Positions 28,883-40,300 of a DNA stretch of 64,000 nucleotides are shown in pieces (position 1 is the stretch's first letter; each line of letters begins with the position of its first letter). The stretch is taken from the NCBI RefSeq assembly GCF_964204865.1, contig NC_135255.1:9796001-9860000 (forward strand). The letters run 5' to 3'. Below the pieces are notes generated by a model that worked only from the letters and a program-made list of their open reading frames with translations, made no database searches and was not told where the DNA came from. Source of the stretch: Styela clava (lineage: Eukaryota). The position numbers were made by a program, and so were the translations under genes.

Positions 28883-31800
28883 ATGAAACGTTTAGAAATT
28901 CCGAAACCGAAAGATCCAATGGTTGTTCGGACGTTTGATACAATACCAAGTCCACCCGAGGGAGGTGTGGTTATTAAGGTGAGAAATAGGTGAATAAAAC
29001 TAGTGTAAACAGGGCTGTGGACTCCAAAATTTAAACTACGCTTTTAAAAGAAAACCACTCCAGGTCGATGGAAATAACAACTCCAAAATCACGAAAAAAT
29101 TATATATTGACAACAGAAAACTTTGGCATCCTTTTAATGAATAAAATGTTAAAAACGGCTTTTTTTTTATTTTTGTAAAAAAATTTTGATCTCAATTATC
29201 ACTATTAAACATCTGAAATACCGAATTTAATGAGTTTAGAATTGTAATTTTATTGAAATTAGCTATTTCAGGACTGAATAGGTTAACATAAAATTTACGA
29301 TACTAGATTTTTATTAAGCACTCTTGATTCTGATTATTGTTGCTATATTTTGTAGGTGGAAAAAATAAACGAAATAAATTCTTATCATTTTAAACAACGT
29401 TGATTATATATGTATGCATTTTAGCACGTTTCGCAGACAGCAGCAAATAAGCGCTATAAAAAAATTACGAATTTTTTCTCAAACTTATCTACCGATTACA
29501 CTAAACACACATTATATATATTCCAGACTGCTTTCTGTGGTATTTGTCACTCCGATCTCCACTTTGTTGACGATGAATGGATAATAGGAAATCATGACAA
29601 AATAACTTGCGAAGAAATGAATCCTCGGCTTCAATATCCTCTCGTACTGGGACACGAAATATCGGGCATTGTTCACGCAATTGACGGGGACGAAAAGGGT
29701 AAAGTGATGAACTGTTTGGAGTTGGATGAATCCTTTTTTCCTAAAACTGTTTCGAATTTTTTCATGCGTTTACACATTTATATTCATGGTTAAATAAGCC
29801 AAAGAAAGAGAATATAGAGCCAGAGAATATAATCTCCATACGTATAAGATAAATTTTTTAAGATGATTAAATATAGATTCCTATCACCACGAGTCCTGCA
29901 CAGACCTACCACGATGTAAACCGAAAAGAACTCTTGATATTACCATATATTTTTTAGACGACCTCAAAGTGGGAGATAGAGTAATTGTTTATCCTTGGCT
30001 TGCATGTAATAATTGTGACTTCTGTGCTACTGATTTTCCAAACTTTTGCTACGGCCCATCCTACAGTATTGGTTGCTCTGGATCAAACGGCGGGTAAGAA
30101 AATTTGCATATTGAACAAATAAGTGAAAAACACTTTGTAGTCGAGATTCTCTTATATAATAACGGCTGAAGATGATGTTCTATAAGAAAAAATGCTTAGT
30201 TATATGATGTCTGGAATGTTGATATTAGTTAATCTTTGTTCAGCAAAAGCGGTTAAGATTTAGAGATATACTTGAGTAGGCAAATCTCTCAGTGTTTAAC
30301 TGACGCGTGTATTCACGAATTTCAACTCGTGTCACCATTTGCTTCAGAAGTATATTAGTTGATGTGTTGTTCATTTATCAATATGAACTGATATTTAATT
30401 TTTTTTTAATTCCAAGTTATGCGCAGTATGTCACAGTACCAAAGAAGAGTTTCGTATTAAAGATACCCGATACAATACCGTTAGATATTGCCTGCATGTT
30501 GCCTTGTTCTACGTTAACCGGATATAATGCTGTAACTAAAGTAAAACCCACTATCGAGAAGTTTATCAAACTTCAAGGTAAGATACTATAAGTGAAAAGT
30601 GGTTGCAAATATATTTTATTAAAGATACTGAGACTTGTATTCAATTCAATATTTGTGCTTCAAACTATACGATCACAATTATCCAATTCAAAATGGGTGT
30701 GATATACATTCTGGCCTTTAATATGATGTATACTAATATATAAATTAATATTAAATGAAAATATACACTACAGTTCCATACCCGATTACTAGCTATCAAT
30801 TGCGCTTATGACATTTACATACCGAGGTGAAAAGTACCAGTTTTAGATCAATTAGTACTACGAGTATGCAATCTTTCACAGCCTTCTAGCGACAAATACA
30901 ATCTTTAACCACTGACAATTTAAAGAAAATGGTCTAATAATTAAAGAGAATGCGATTTTTTCCTAACAACAATAACATTAAAACGATCCATATGTACACT
31001 CCGTGTTCTATAAATGCTTTATAAATATGTAAGGATAACAGCAATTGCGATCCACGAAAAGAGAGCGTACCATTTAAATCGAACCGCAGTACCATGACCC
31101 AATAAGATCGTAAATAGGAACTATGAAACTTATAACGGGTCGTTGTCAAAATCACAATACAACAAAAATTTGAAGATTCCAAGTGAAGTCGTTAAAATCA
31201 TAATTTTTATCATTTTCGTGTTGCACTTTTTAGGAGAGGCTACGTTGCTCATCATTGGCACTGGGGGATTAGGATTATGGTGCCTGCAAACAGCCAGGGC
31301 GTCTCTACCGAAAGGCACTCGCATCATATGTGCGGATATAAATGTAAGTCACAATGAAACGTGATTTTTACGTGGTCTGTCCGTGAACCTCGAAGAGAAT
31401 ATCTCACAAATACTGCTTTAATTGACAGCTATAGGCATCACAAATTATGAAAAAAACTGTATTATCTCGAAATATGAATTAGATATCCAGTCGGTACCCA
31501 TAGAAATTATCTATACAAATCTATGCATCAAAAAAGATTTAGTCTGGCAGAACCTCGTTTCAGGACATAACGTGTTTTTATTGTTTAGCAATATTCTTGA
31601 TGACATAAATATTGATATCCAGGTGGGTGTGGAGCTCATAATGTTGAGCCATTTTTTTTTAAATAAATTTTCATTTGCACACATGAGCGAAAATTCAACC
31701 CTCCAAAAATCTGCATTCTCAAATATTATTCAATATTTTTCTGTTTATATAAACAAATATGTCATAACTACGTAAGTATTTTTTAGAGAAAAACTACTTT

Positions 31801-33569
31801 AAATTTTTCAACGATGTTCAGAAATTTTGTTCTGATATCACAAATGGTAGAATATTTCACTCATAAGATGAATTGGGGAATATTTTATTCGGTGAAATAG
31901 ATCGGAAGATTCGACCGTTACATGTTTAGGAGCGGTTTTGAAATATGCAATTTCATCCCCTTTTACATCGACCAACACAGGTTATGTTATTTAAACTCGA
32001 TGGTTCAAACGTGGTGGTTTATACGTGGTAACGTGCATAGTTTCGGTGCTCAAGCACCAAGTCTCACTCGTATAAAAACCTATAGATAGGATATCTACCG
32101 GGCTTCTGTTTATGATTGACAATCATTCCATTTCACGCTGTAAAAAAAAACAATCAAGATTGCAAACTCCACACCCACGGGGAAACGACTGGTAATAACC
32201 CCAGGATGAATAATCACGAAGGAAAAAAAATAATGTCTGAAAACAAAGTTGAGCCCCAAAACGACTCTTGGCTGTCAGGCTATACAACTGTAGATTCCGC
32301 AAAGTGAAAGTTATTTTTGAATACTTCGTGTTTAGTTATAATTAGTCAACGCTCATTCTGTAAAATGATTTAGGACAAAATCTATATGTTACAAACAACC
32401 GATTCACTGTCATATGTTAAACAAAATTCTTGTTTGATCATATCTAGCAATCAAAGCTGGACAATGCCATCGCGCATGGTGCTGATGATTGTGTGCTGTG
32501 GGATAGATCCCTTAGCAAAGACGATATTATTAAATTAACAAAAGAAAAAGGAAACAATGGATCGATTCATGGTGTAATTGATTTTGTCAACTCAAGCACC
32601 ACGGCTTCACAAGCTATGGAATGTCTTTGCAAGGTAAAACACATTACAAACCTTTATTGGGGTCGTATTAAATTAATTTAAAGCCTCACATCCTGTCGCC
32701 GAAACGGGCAGCTGATCGACTTCTGTCGTCATAAACCAAACCTCCGCGTTTCCTTATTCGTGAACCCGGCCATTGCGCTGATTTTAATTACAAGCTTTAT
32801 TGGGGTCGTATTAAATTAATTTAAAGCCTCACATCCTGTCGCCGAAACGGGCAGCTGATCGACTTCTGTCGTCATAAACCAAGCCTCCGCGTTTTCTTAT
32901 TCGTGAAACCGGCCATTGGGCTGATCTTAATTACAAGCTAAAGATTTGTCCTCATATTATAAACTAACCAATTCAAGCTGTTTTGGTTCATCTTGTTATC
33001 AGGGAGGTGCCATCGCGTTGGTCGGATTATTTGGAGGAACAGTGGAATTATCATTGCCGTTGTTTGCATTTTCGCTTCATGAAATATACGGAATAGCTAT
33101 CGGATCTATTAATCAACTGAGAGAATTGATTGATTTGGTAGCAAATACAAAGGTATATAGGGAATTTTGTAAAATAATGTAGCTATAAACTTGATCTGGT
33201 TCATAAGGTAATTATAAAAAATATTGCGGTAAAAAAGGACTGACACGTGTTCATGTATATTGTAGAACAATGGATACATTTTTAGAATATTTCAAGATAT
33301 ACCACTTGTCATGGGGCAAACAGTAGAAGTAAGCATAGAATTCATGCCTGTAATAAATACGAGTTACGATAGATATAATACTATTGTACAAGATTAAAGT
33401 ATATATGTATATATTTATCTAAACAGATACGTTGAATTTAATGTAAAATATTTATCAATCGCAGCTCATTCCACCAGACATTACGCATGTTTCGCTTGAA
33501 GAAGCCCCGATTAGTTTAATGAAATTGAAGAAAGGACAAATCGCAGGAAGATCTCTAATAAAATTTTAA
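28883..33569 (+). CDS. Zn-dependent alcohol dehydrogenase (MDR family), paralog 2
   Basis: Exons 28883-28978, 29527-29698, 29958-30093, 30417-30577, 31234-31343, 32448-32633, 33003-33152, 33465-33569. Motifs CGICHSDLH, PLVLGHE, VYPWLACNNCDFC..NFC, LPCS, GTGGLG, IDFVNS, LVGLFGG. TATAAAA at 28632 and an acceptor at 28864-28865 suggest an upstream (probably UTR) exon. Confidence 0.93.
32137..32284 (+). repeat. Dispersed repeat fragment (SINE-like), copy 2
   Basis: Diverged match to 16109-16256. Confidence 0.6.
32644..32939. repeat. Two-copy 143-bp tandem repeat filling most of ADH2 intron 6
   Basis: ctttattggggtcgtattaaatt... starts at 32652 and again at 32795, with few substitutions. Confidence 0.9.
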
Positions 33570-34287
33570 ACGAAGTGGATATTATTGAATAAGCAATTTG
33601 GGAAATGCGAACTGTAGCTATATAGTATAACTGAATGATAATTATTTTTTCTTGGTGGCCTACACCAGAATGCACTTGCTTAGTGACCAAAGTGAACCGC
33701 TGGTGGTCACATATATCTAAATGATTATGAGACACACTTTGTACCTGATATCTTGTTATTATATAAAATCACCTTCGAGTTAAACAATCAGAATAAAATT
33801 TTGATTTGATTACATCCTCATTTTGCGAAAATTGTAAATGGGGCCGCTGCTATGCTTACACTCAGTTAACAAGGAACGCAAGCTTTAGGAAGCAACGTAT
33901 AGTTATTTGTGGAACATCTTATGTCGAATATTACTGTAGATGAATTGAAACAGATTCATAACGTCATACAATATTCCCGCCCATGCTGATTTCGAGATTT
34001 TTTGCTAGGGGTGCAATTGCTATCGTATACAATATATGGTGAACAGGAGATTCTGATTAAAAACTATATGTTCTTCATGACACTTCAAAGATTTGATGTG
34101 GCTGAATGATATGGGGTGATAAAAGATCCAAAGTGAGATTGAGTCTAAATGTAATTTTTCAAAGCCGGGAATTTCGGTCCTTTCAAAATTAGAAACCACA
34201 TATGATAAACTCAGAAACATGTTCGTTTTCACTAATGTTTGATCACGCTCGCATGATGACTGTAAAATGATATTGCTGACTGTAGAG

Positions 34288-35088
34288 CAGTGGTTCTCAA
34301 CCGGGGCCGGTGCCCCCCTAAGGGGGCCACGAAGCAGTTCAAGGGGGGCCACGACACAAGGCTAATAATTGATCATAAAACGACTTCGTTTGCATGCTTT
34401 CCTTTTAAAATAATTCCCTGTTCAGGCGTTCACCCAACTTAGATTGCCAGAATAGATTGATTATTTGCTATCACATGGTGTATTCACTTTCTTGTGCGTG
34501 AATCGTTTGATCATAATGGAATTTGGAATCTACAAATCAAAATAGTTTGCCAGTAGGCCTTATACCTGCAAACGAACAGTTTCACTCGATTGGGAGATAA
34601 CTTTGCTATCGTATTATAGACGCAAAAATCCATTTATAAATTTCTAAAGCCCAAAATACGAAAATGTGAACGACAGATACTTTACCGAAGTAAATAGAGA
34701 TGACAGAGAATGTGATCAATGTCTTTATGCGTTATGCGTTCATCTAAACTCCAAAACCACCATGACTAAAATCATTCTCAGGTGAACGACATTGACATCA
34801 GTTTCTTTTCTGCCAAGCGGGTTAGATTTGACAAGAAAGCAAAATTGGCCAAGTTTGGGATTCTGTCGAAGGAAAAGCCGAGCAGTCCCAATCGCAAGAT
34901 TCCCTTGAATTGTATACTAAAAAGCTTATACTATTTTGTCTGTGGTTTGCTTTTGCATTCCATAATAGGTCGTAAAAACATTATACAATTCTATACATTT
35001 ATTTTTTTCGGAATGGCGAACAGGGGGGCCACGAGTGCAAAAAGACGCCGGAAGGGAGCCACGAGCCATAAAAGGTTGGCAACCACTG
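34288..35088. mobile_element. hAT-type MITE (~800 bp)
   Basis: TIRs cagtggttctcaacc / ggttggcaaccactg. TSD ctgtagag / ttgtagag. The paralogous site near 36274 is empty. Confidence 0.85.
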
Positions 35089-35620
35089 TTGTAGAGTATG
35101 ATGAACACATCCGGAGAATAAATTTTGCTTCCATAAATGTTTTAAATACACTAATGAAAAATAGTAGGTGAAAGATCTGGCGCAATTCTGACATAAATAG
35201 TATAAAAAATGTCACGGACTTCTTCATTTCATTCTTGCTGTGATCAACGACGCTGTGATCAACGACGCGGGTCTCGTCAGATATTTCTAAGTAGAATTCC
35301 TGGGCAATGGGATTTCAAACAGCTGTAGAACGCAGCGACATGGTCATTTGTAGCTGATTAGCTATATAGCGTGCTTTTGACTTATTAGCATGCCCTTATA
35401 GGAAAACTAAGTATAAAGCAGGCTCTGTATTCAGAATTTTTTTTTGCCATGAAAGTATGAAAGTTTTGGGCTCACATTTTTTCATTCATATCTTAAGTTT
35501 CACAACTAAAGAAATGACTTCGCTTACAATTACGGTACAAGATAACTTAACTTGAATTTATGTAATATTTTCAACCTGTTTTATAAGTTGAGTAATCAGA
35601 CACGAAACTCAGAATCCATC

Positions 35621-35715
35621 ATGAAACAAATGGGAATTCCTTTTTCGGAAGAACCATTGGCACTAAAATACATTATATGGTTCCAAAACCACCGAAAGGC
35701 GGAATTACAGTTAAG
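35621..35715 (+). pseudogene. Orphan, frameshifted ADH exon 1 with its promoter (copy a)
   Basis: MKQMGIPFSEEPLALKYI-(1-nt deletion)-MVPKPPKGGITVK|gtaaag: 95 nt versus 96 nt in functional copies. Homology stops at 35832, at a hAT right-end fragment. Confidence 0.85.
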
Positions 35716-36599
35716 GTAAAGAACAACTAAGTCAATTAGCTTATTAGTAATAACTACAAGTCTGTGACGTAATTGCGTTATATTCTGGTACGTTTAGGAA
35801 TTTATATCAAAATATTTATCTATCTTGACGCCCGTGGGCCGTAGTTTGGTGACCCCTGCTTTAGAGCTTGCTTTTAGATGAATTTTCCCATTTCCGCTTC
35901 GAGTCGATTCGTAAATCCAAAAGTGGCATCCCTATTCATGACACTTTTGACAAGATTTAGTTTGATTGAACTATATGGGTGATAAAAGATCCGAAGTGAG
36001 ATTGCAATCAGATCAAACATTTAATGCTAGTACTTGAATTATGCGTACGAAATAGAAGTTGAGGGCACGTCTGTGAGGTCGAAATTCGGCGTTACTGGCT
36101 ATAGACTGAGTGATATTTCAGAACTTTCGACTTCGGAGTCTAAATGTAATTTTTTTACGCCGAGAATTTCGGTACTTCTGAACCAGAGACCACATATGAA
36201 CTAAGAAACATGTTCGTTTTCACTAATGTTTAACCACACTCGCATAGTGATATTGCTGGTGGGCAATTTAATAGTGTAGTGTATGATGAACACAGACGGA
36301 GAATAACGGGTTTTTGCTTTCATAAATGTTGAGCAAACACAGTAAACAAATATTACGTGAAAGGTATGGCCCAATTCATACAAAAAAAAAATAGTATAAA
36401 AAGTGTAAAGGATTTCTTAATTGCAGCCACATTTTCAACGATGCGTTGCGTTGTGATCAATGACGCGAGTCTTGCGAGATATTACTAGGTAGAATTGCTG
36501 TGCTAAGGAATTTCCAACAGATGTAAAACGCAGCGACATGGTTATTTGTAGCTGATTAGCTATAGGGCATGCTTTTTACTTATTAGCATGCCAGTATAG

Positions 36600-37095
36600 C
36601 AGGGATGTGCAACCTTTTTCACTGGCGGGCCAAATTCAAGTAACTGAGTGAAGCCGCGAGCCGCACTGTTATTTAATATAGACTTTCTAGTAGTTACAGG
36701 CACAAAATTGTTTATTTTTGCTAGTCACCGTACGGCATTATTAGGGCTCCTATAGAAATAGTGAGTTAAACGCATAAACTTCTGAAGGGACTGCTATTTA
36801 AATTTATCGCCGCACCGTCTTTAATTCAATTCAGTGGAAAACACGTTTTTGTAATAAATATTGTATTTTTTGCAACAGAATTTTGCTAGCTAGTTTTGCT
36901 AATATGACAATGGCACTCAGGTTCTGGTATAGGCTTTGTGGCACAGAAGGATCAGAAGTGCTCGCACGTACCAGATTACATAAACTAAATACTCGGTTCG
37001 CGGACACACCATTCAAAATTGTTATTTTTCCGCGGGCCCCACAAATTTTTCCTGCGGGCCGCATTTGGCCCGCGGCCGCAGTTTGCACACCCCTG
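36600..37095. mobile_element. hAT-type MITE immediately upstream of the ADH3 TATA box
   Basis: TIRs cagggatgtgcaac / gtttgcacacccctg. TSD cagtatag / ccttatag. Empty site ccttatag at 35394-35401. Confidence 0.88.
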
Positions 37096-37113
37096 CCTTA
37101 TAGGAAAACTAGA

Positions 37114-37119
37114 TATAAA
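37114..37119 (+). promoter_or_regulatory. Putative TATA box of ADH paralog 3
   Basis: TATAAAgcagg, conserved in the orphan copies (35412 and 43978). It lies upstream of a candidate UTR exon and acceptor (ttcataag) before ATG 37332. Confidence 0.45.
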
Positions 37120-37331
37120 GCAGGCTCTGTATGCAGAAATTTATTTCACATATAGGTGTGAAAGTTTTGGGCTTACATTCATATCTTAAGTTTTAGAACT
37201 TAAGAAGTGAGCTCGCTTACATTCACGGTACAAAATAAAATAATCTAAATTAATGTAATATTCTCAATAGTGAGTAGAAACTTTTTATTCATAAGTTGAG
37301 TAATCGGACACAAAACTTAGACGAATCCATC

Positions 37332-40300
37332 ATGAAACGAATGGAAATTCCTTGTTCGAAAGAACCAATGATATTAAAAGACATTGATACGATTCCAGAA
37401 CCACCGAAAGGTGGAGTTACAATTAAGGTAAAGAACAGTTTGGTCGATTAGTTTGTTAGCAATAACTGCAAGTATGTGATTATATACGTATATGTATTTA
37501 TGTCGGAATATTTATATATATCTTGATGCCAGGGTTCAATATCCCCTTTGTTGTTAAGTATCACTGTTTTGTAAAATTATATTTCATTATAAATTATCTA
37601 TGTTTTGCTAACATGGAATCCATAAGTCTATGTACGAAAAAAGAGAATAATTTGTTATCAATTTTGGCCCGATGTTTTTAGGTTTTTATTTTGCACTGTC
37701 GCGAAATAGTATACTATAGTTGTCTGTTAATATATACAATCAATCCCAAAAGAATTCCAGTCAGAGTTATACATCAACAACCTAAAACAAATCTCAAGTA
37801 TATCGACGATTTGAATTCCATATTGTGAAATGATTTGACATTCTTGTGAAACACACTTTTGTATTAATCCAGGCAGCTTTTTGTGGAATATGTCACTCAG
37901 ATGTTCACATGTTCGATGATGAATTTGATATTGGTGGAGGGATATTTCTGAAGACACAGGATATCAATCCAAATGTAGAATATCCAATCGTGCTGGGGCA
38001 TGAAATATCTGGGACCGTTCATGCTATTGGAGAAGAAGCCGGTGAACGCGTAAATTTTTATAAAATACAGTATTTCAAATGATGATAGTAGAAGTAGACA
38101 ATAAAATATGACACAAATGCAATTGTTGATGAGTGCAAATGTATATACCGTAGTTCTTGAACCGAATCAAAAATGGTTTAGCGCCGTTTTAAATGAACAC
38201 CAAAATAAAGTAGCGACAAGGCTATCATTCAGACCATACAATCATATTCAGGAGATGATTTTAATAAATTTGTATTTAGATAATACGGACTTGAAAGTTG
38301 GTGACAGAGTTATTGTCTATCCATGGCTTGGCTGTAGTGACTGCGGATTATGCGATGGAGAACAAGCAAATTTTTGTTGTGGACAATCAAATTATATTGG
38401 ATGCTCTGGACCTAATGGCGGGTAAATATCTTATGTTGAGCTTCACTCACTCACTATATATCAAATTTGGGTGGTATATTTCGTTTTATTCTTTCCTATT
38501 TTTACACTTTATATGTTTTTTACAAAATAAAAATAATTCAATTGTATGCATTTCTTGCTCTAGATATTCTGAGTACATGAAAGTTACCAACCCAAAATAC
38601 GTGCTAAAATTGCCTGACAATATACCATTGGATATCGCAGCAATGCTGCCATGTTCAGCACTAACCGGATATAACGCTGTATCAAAAGTGAAACCAACAA
38701 TAGAAAGATTCATCAACGCCAAAGGTATATCATTGTATTTCAGTCTTTTAGTTTGTAGAAGGCCTATAATTTTAACCCGTACTTCTCGGTTCGGTACAGT
38801 TCAAAATAAATATTACATACAAAGGTTGAATGATTTAGGTTTACTCCCGTGAAAATATTTCTATGGATGGCTATAGCAGTCAGGCGTCAAAAATGTAAAC
38901 GATCTTGTTTACTAACATTGAATTTACAAAATTCAACAACGCTATCTTTGATATGCGCTATCAACAATTTTGTCTTATCGAAAAAATTCTTGAATAAGAG
39001 TGATCTTACATGGGGAAAGTAAATATTTGTTTTAGAATGTAAAATATCCGGTTCAGCGAACGGCATTGCAATGAATTACAAACGGATTTGTTTCAATCGC
39101 ATCGAAGTAATTTGAGTGTCGCAGAATATAAAACCCACGATCTTTGCGTGTCATAGTCTGAACAAGCTCCATTTGGTAGCTAACTGATCTATGCCTCTTG
39201 GAGTGTTTCAGTCGTTCTTTTACCTCTATTATATAATTCAAACCAATGTTATATATGAAACATACCTAATGCAATACAGTAATCCGAATGACGCATATAA
39301 TAAAATTTCCTAGCTTCGCTGTTTCATTATGCTTTGATACTTTGACATATTATCAGTCGTGAAATTGCGGTACCTGTTAAGGTGTTACTAATTTATTGTC
39401 AGCTCCTGTGCAGTGATACGAGACTATAAAATTATCGTGTTGGCACCGAGCGGTGATAAAAAACTTACATAGCAAATAATGAACAATTGAATTTAAAACG
39501 AAATGGGAGCAATCATCTGATTTTCTATATAAAGTTCGAGGTTTTTACCACTACAAAGGCGTACCGACAATTGAAAGAATGTTTTATTAAAATCAAACAA
39601 ACAGACAGACGATTTACCAATGATACATCAAATATAAAATACCGCATACATACAATACTACTAATGTATAATGTACCAGTTACATTTATTAAACAAGTTT
39701 GAGCAAATCGATTCGCTGGACCTCATCTGTAAGGCAGAATCACAAGCTGCCATTGGCAGGCCGGCATTTTTATAACTATGTATCCTTGAAGGTGACCGTA
39801 CATTTGAACCCATGTGTATATCCCGGGGTTCAATCAATATGCGTGTGCTAAAACCCATGGGTTAGTATGAGTTCAAATATCTGCAAAACAAAAAATTTCC
39901 ATAGGTGCAATAGTCGGTTCAAATGTACAGGAACCATCCTTGAAAACTAGATGATAGTAAATAAATTACGTTCCCATAACAAATCATTGAAGTACACATG
40001 TCCACGACCATGTAATGACCATTTATGGACGTTACCCTTCTCCAAAACAAAAAGTAGCAAGAGTATTGGTGTCGGCTGGTAGTGATTATTAATATCATGT
40101 TCTCACAAGTTAATATAATTCTATAACATTGATATACCAGAAACAATTTGAAGCATCTGCTAGACTTTGGACATTAATCATGATTTTGTACTTTATGAAG
40201 GTAAAGCTACTTTGCTAGTTATTGGAGCAGGAGGACTTGGATTGTGGTGTCTACAAACGGCAAAGGCAGTTTTACCGGAAGGAACGCGGATAATAATCTC

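Noticed and set aside
34782-35227. ORFs of 60-129 aa duplicated at 43363-43808, and similar ORFs at 27644-28078 and 36831-37155
   Set aside because: They lie in non-autonomous MITEs, show no transposase or other motifs, and recur only because of the segmental duplication.
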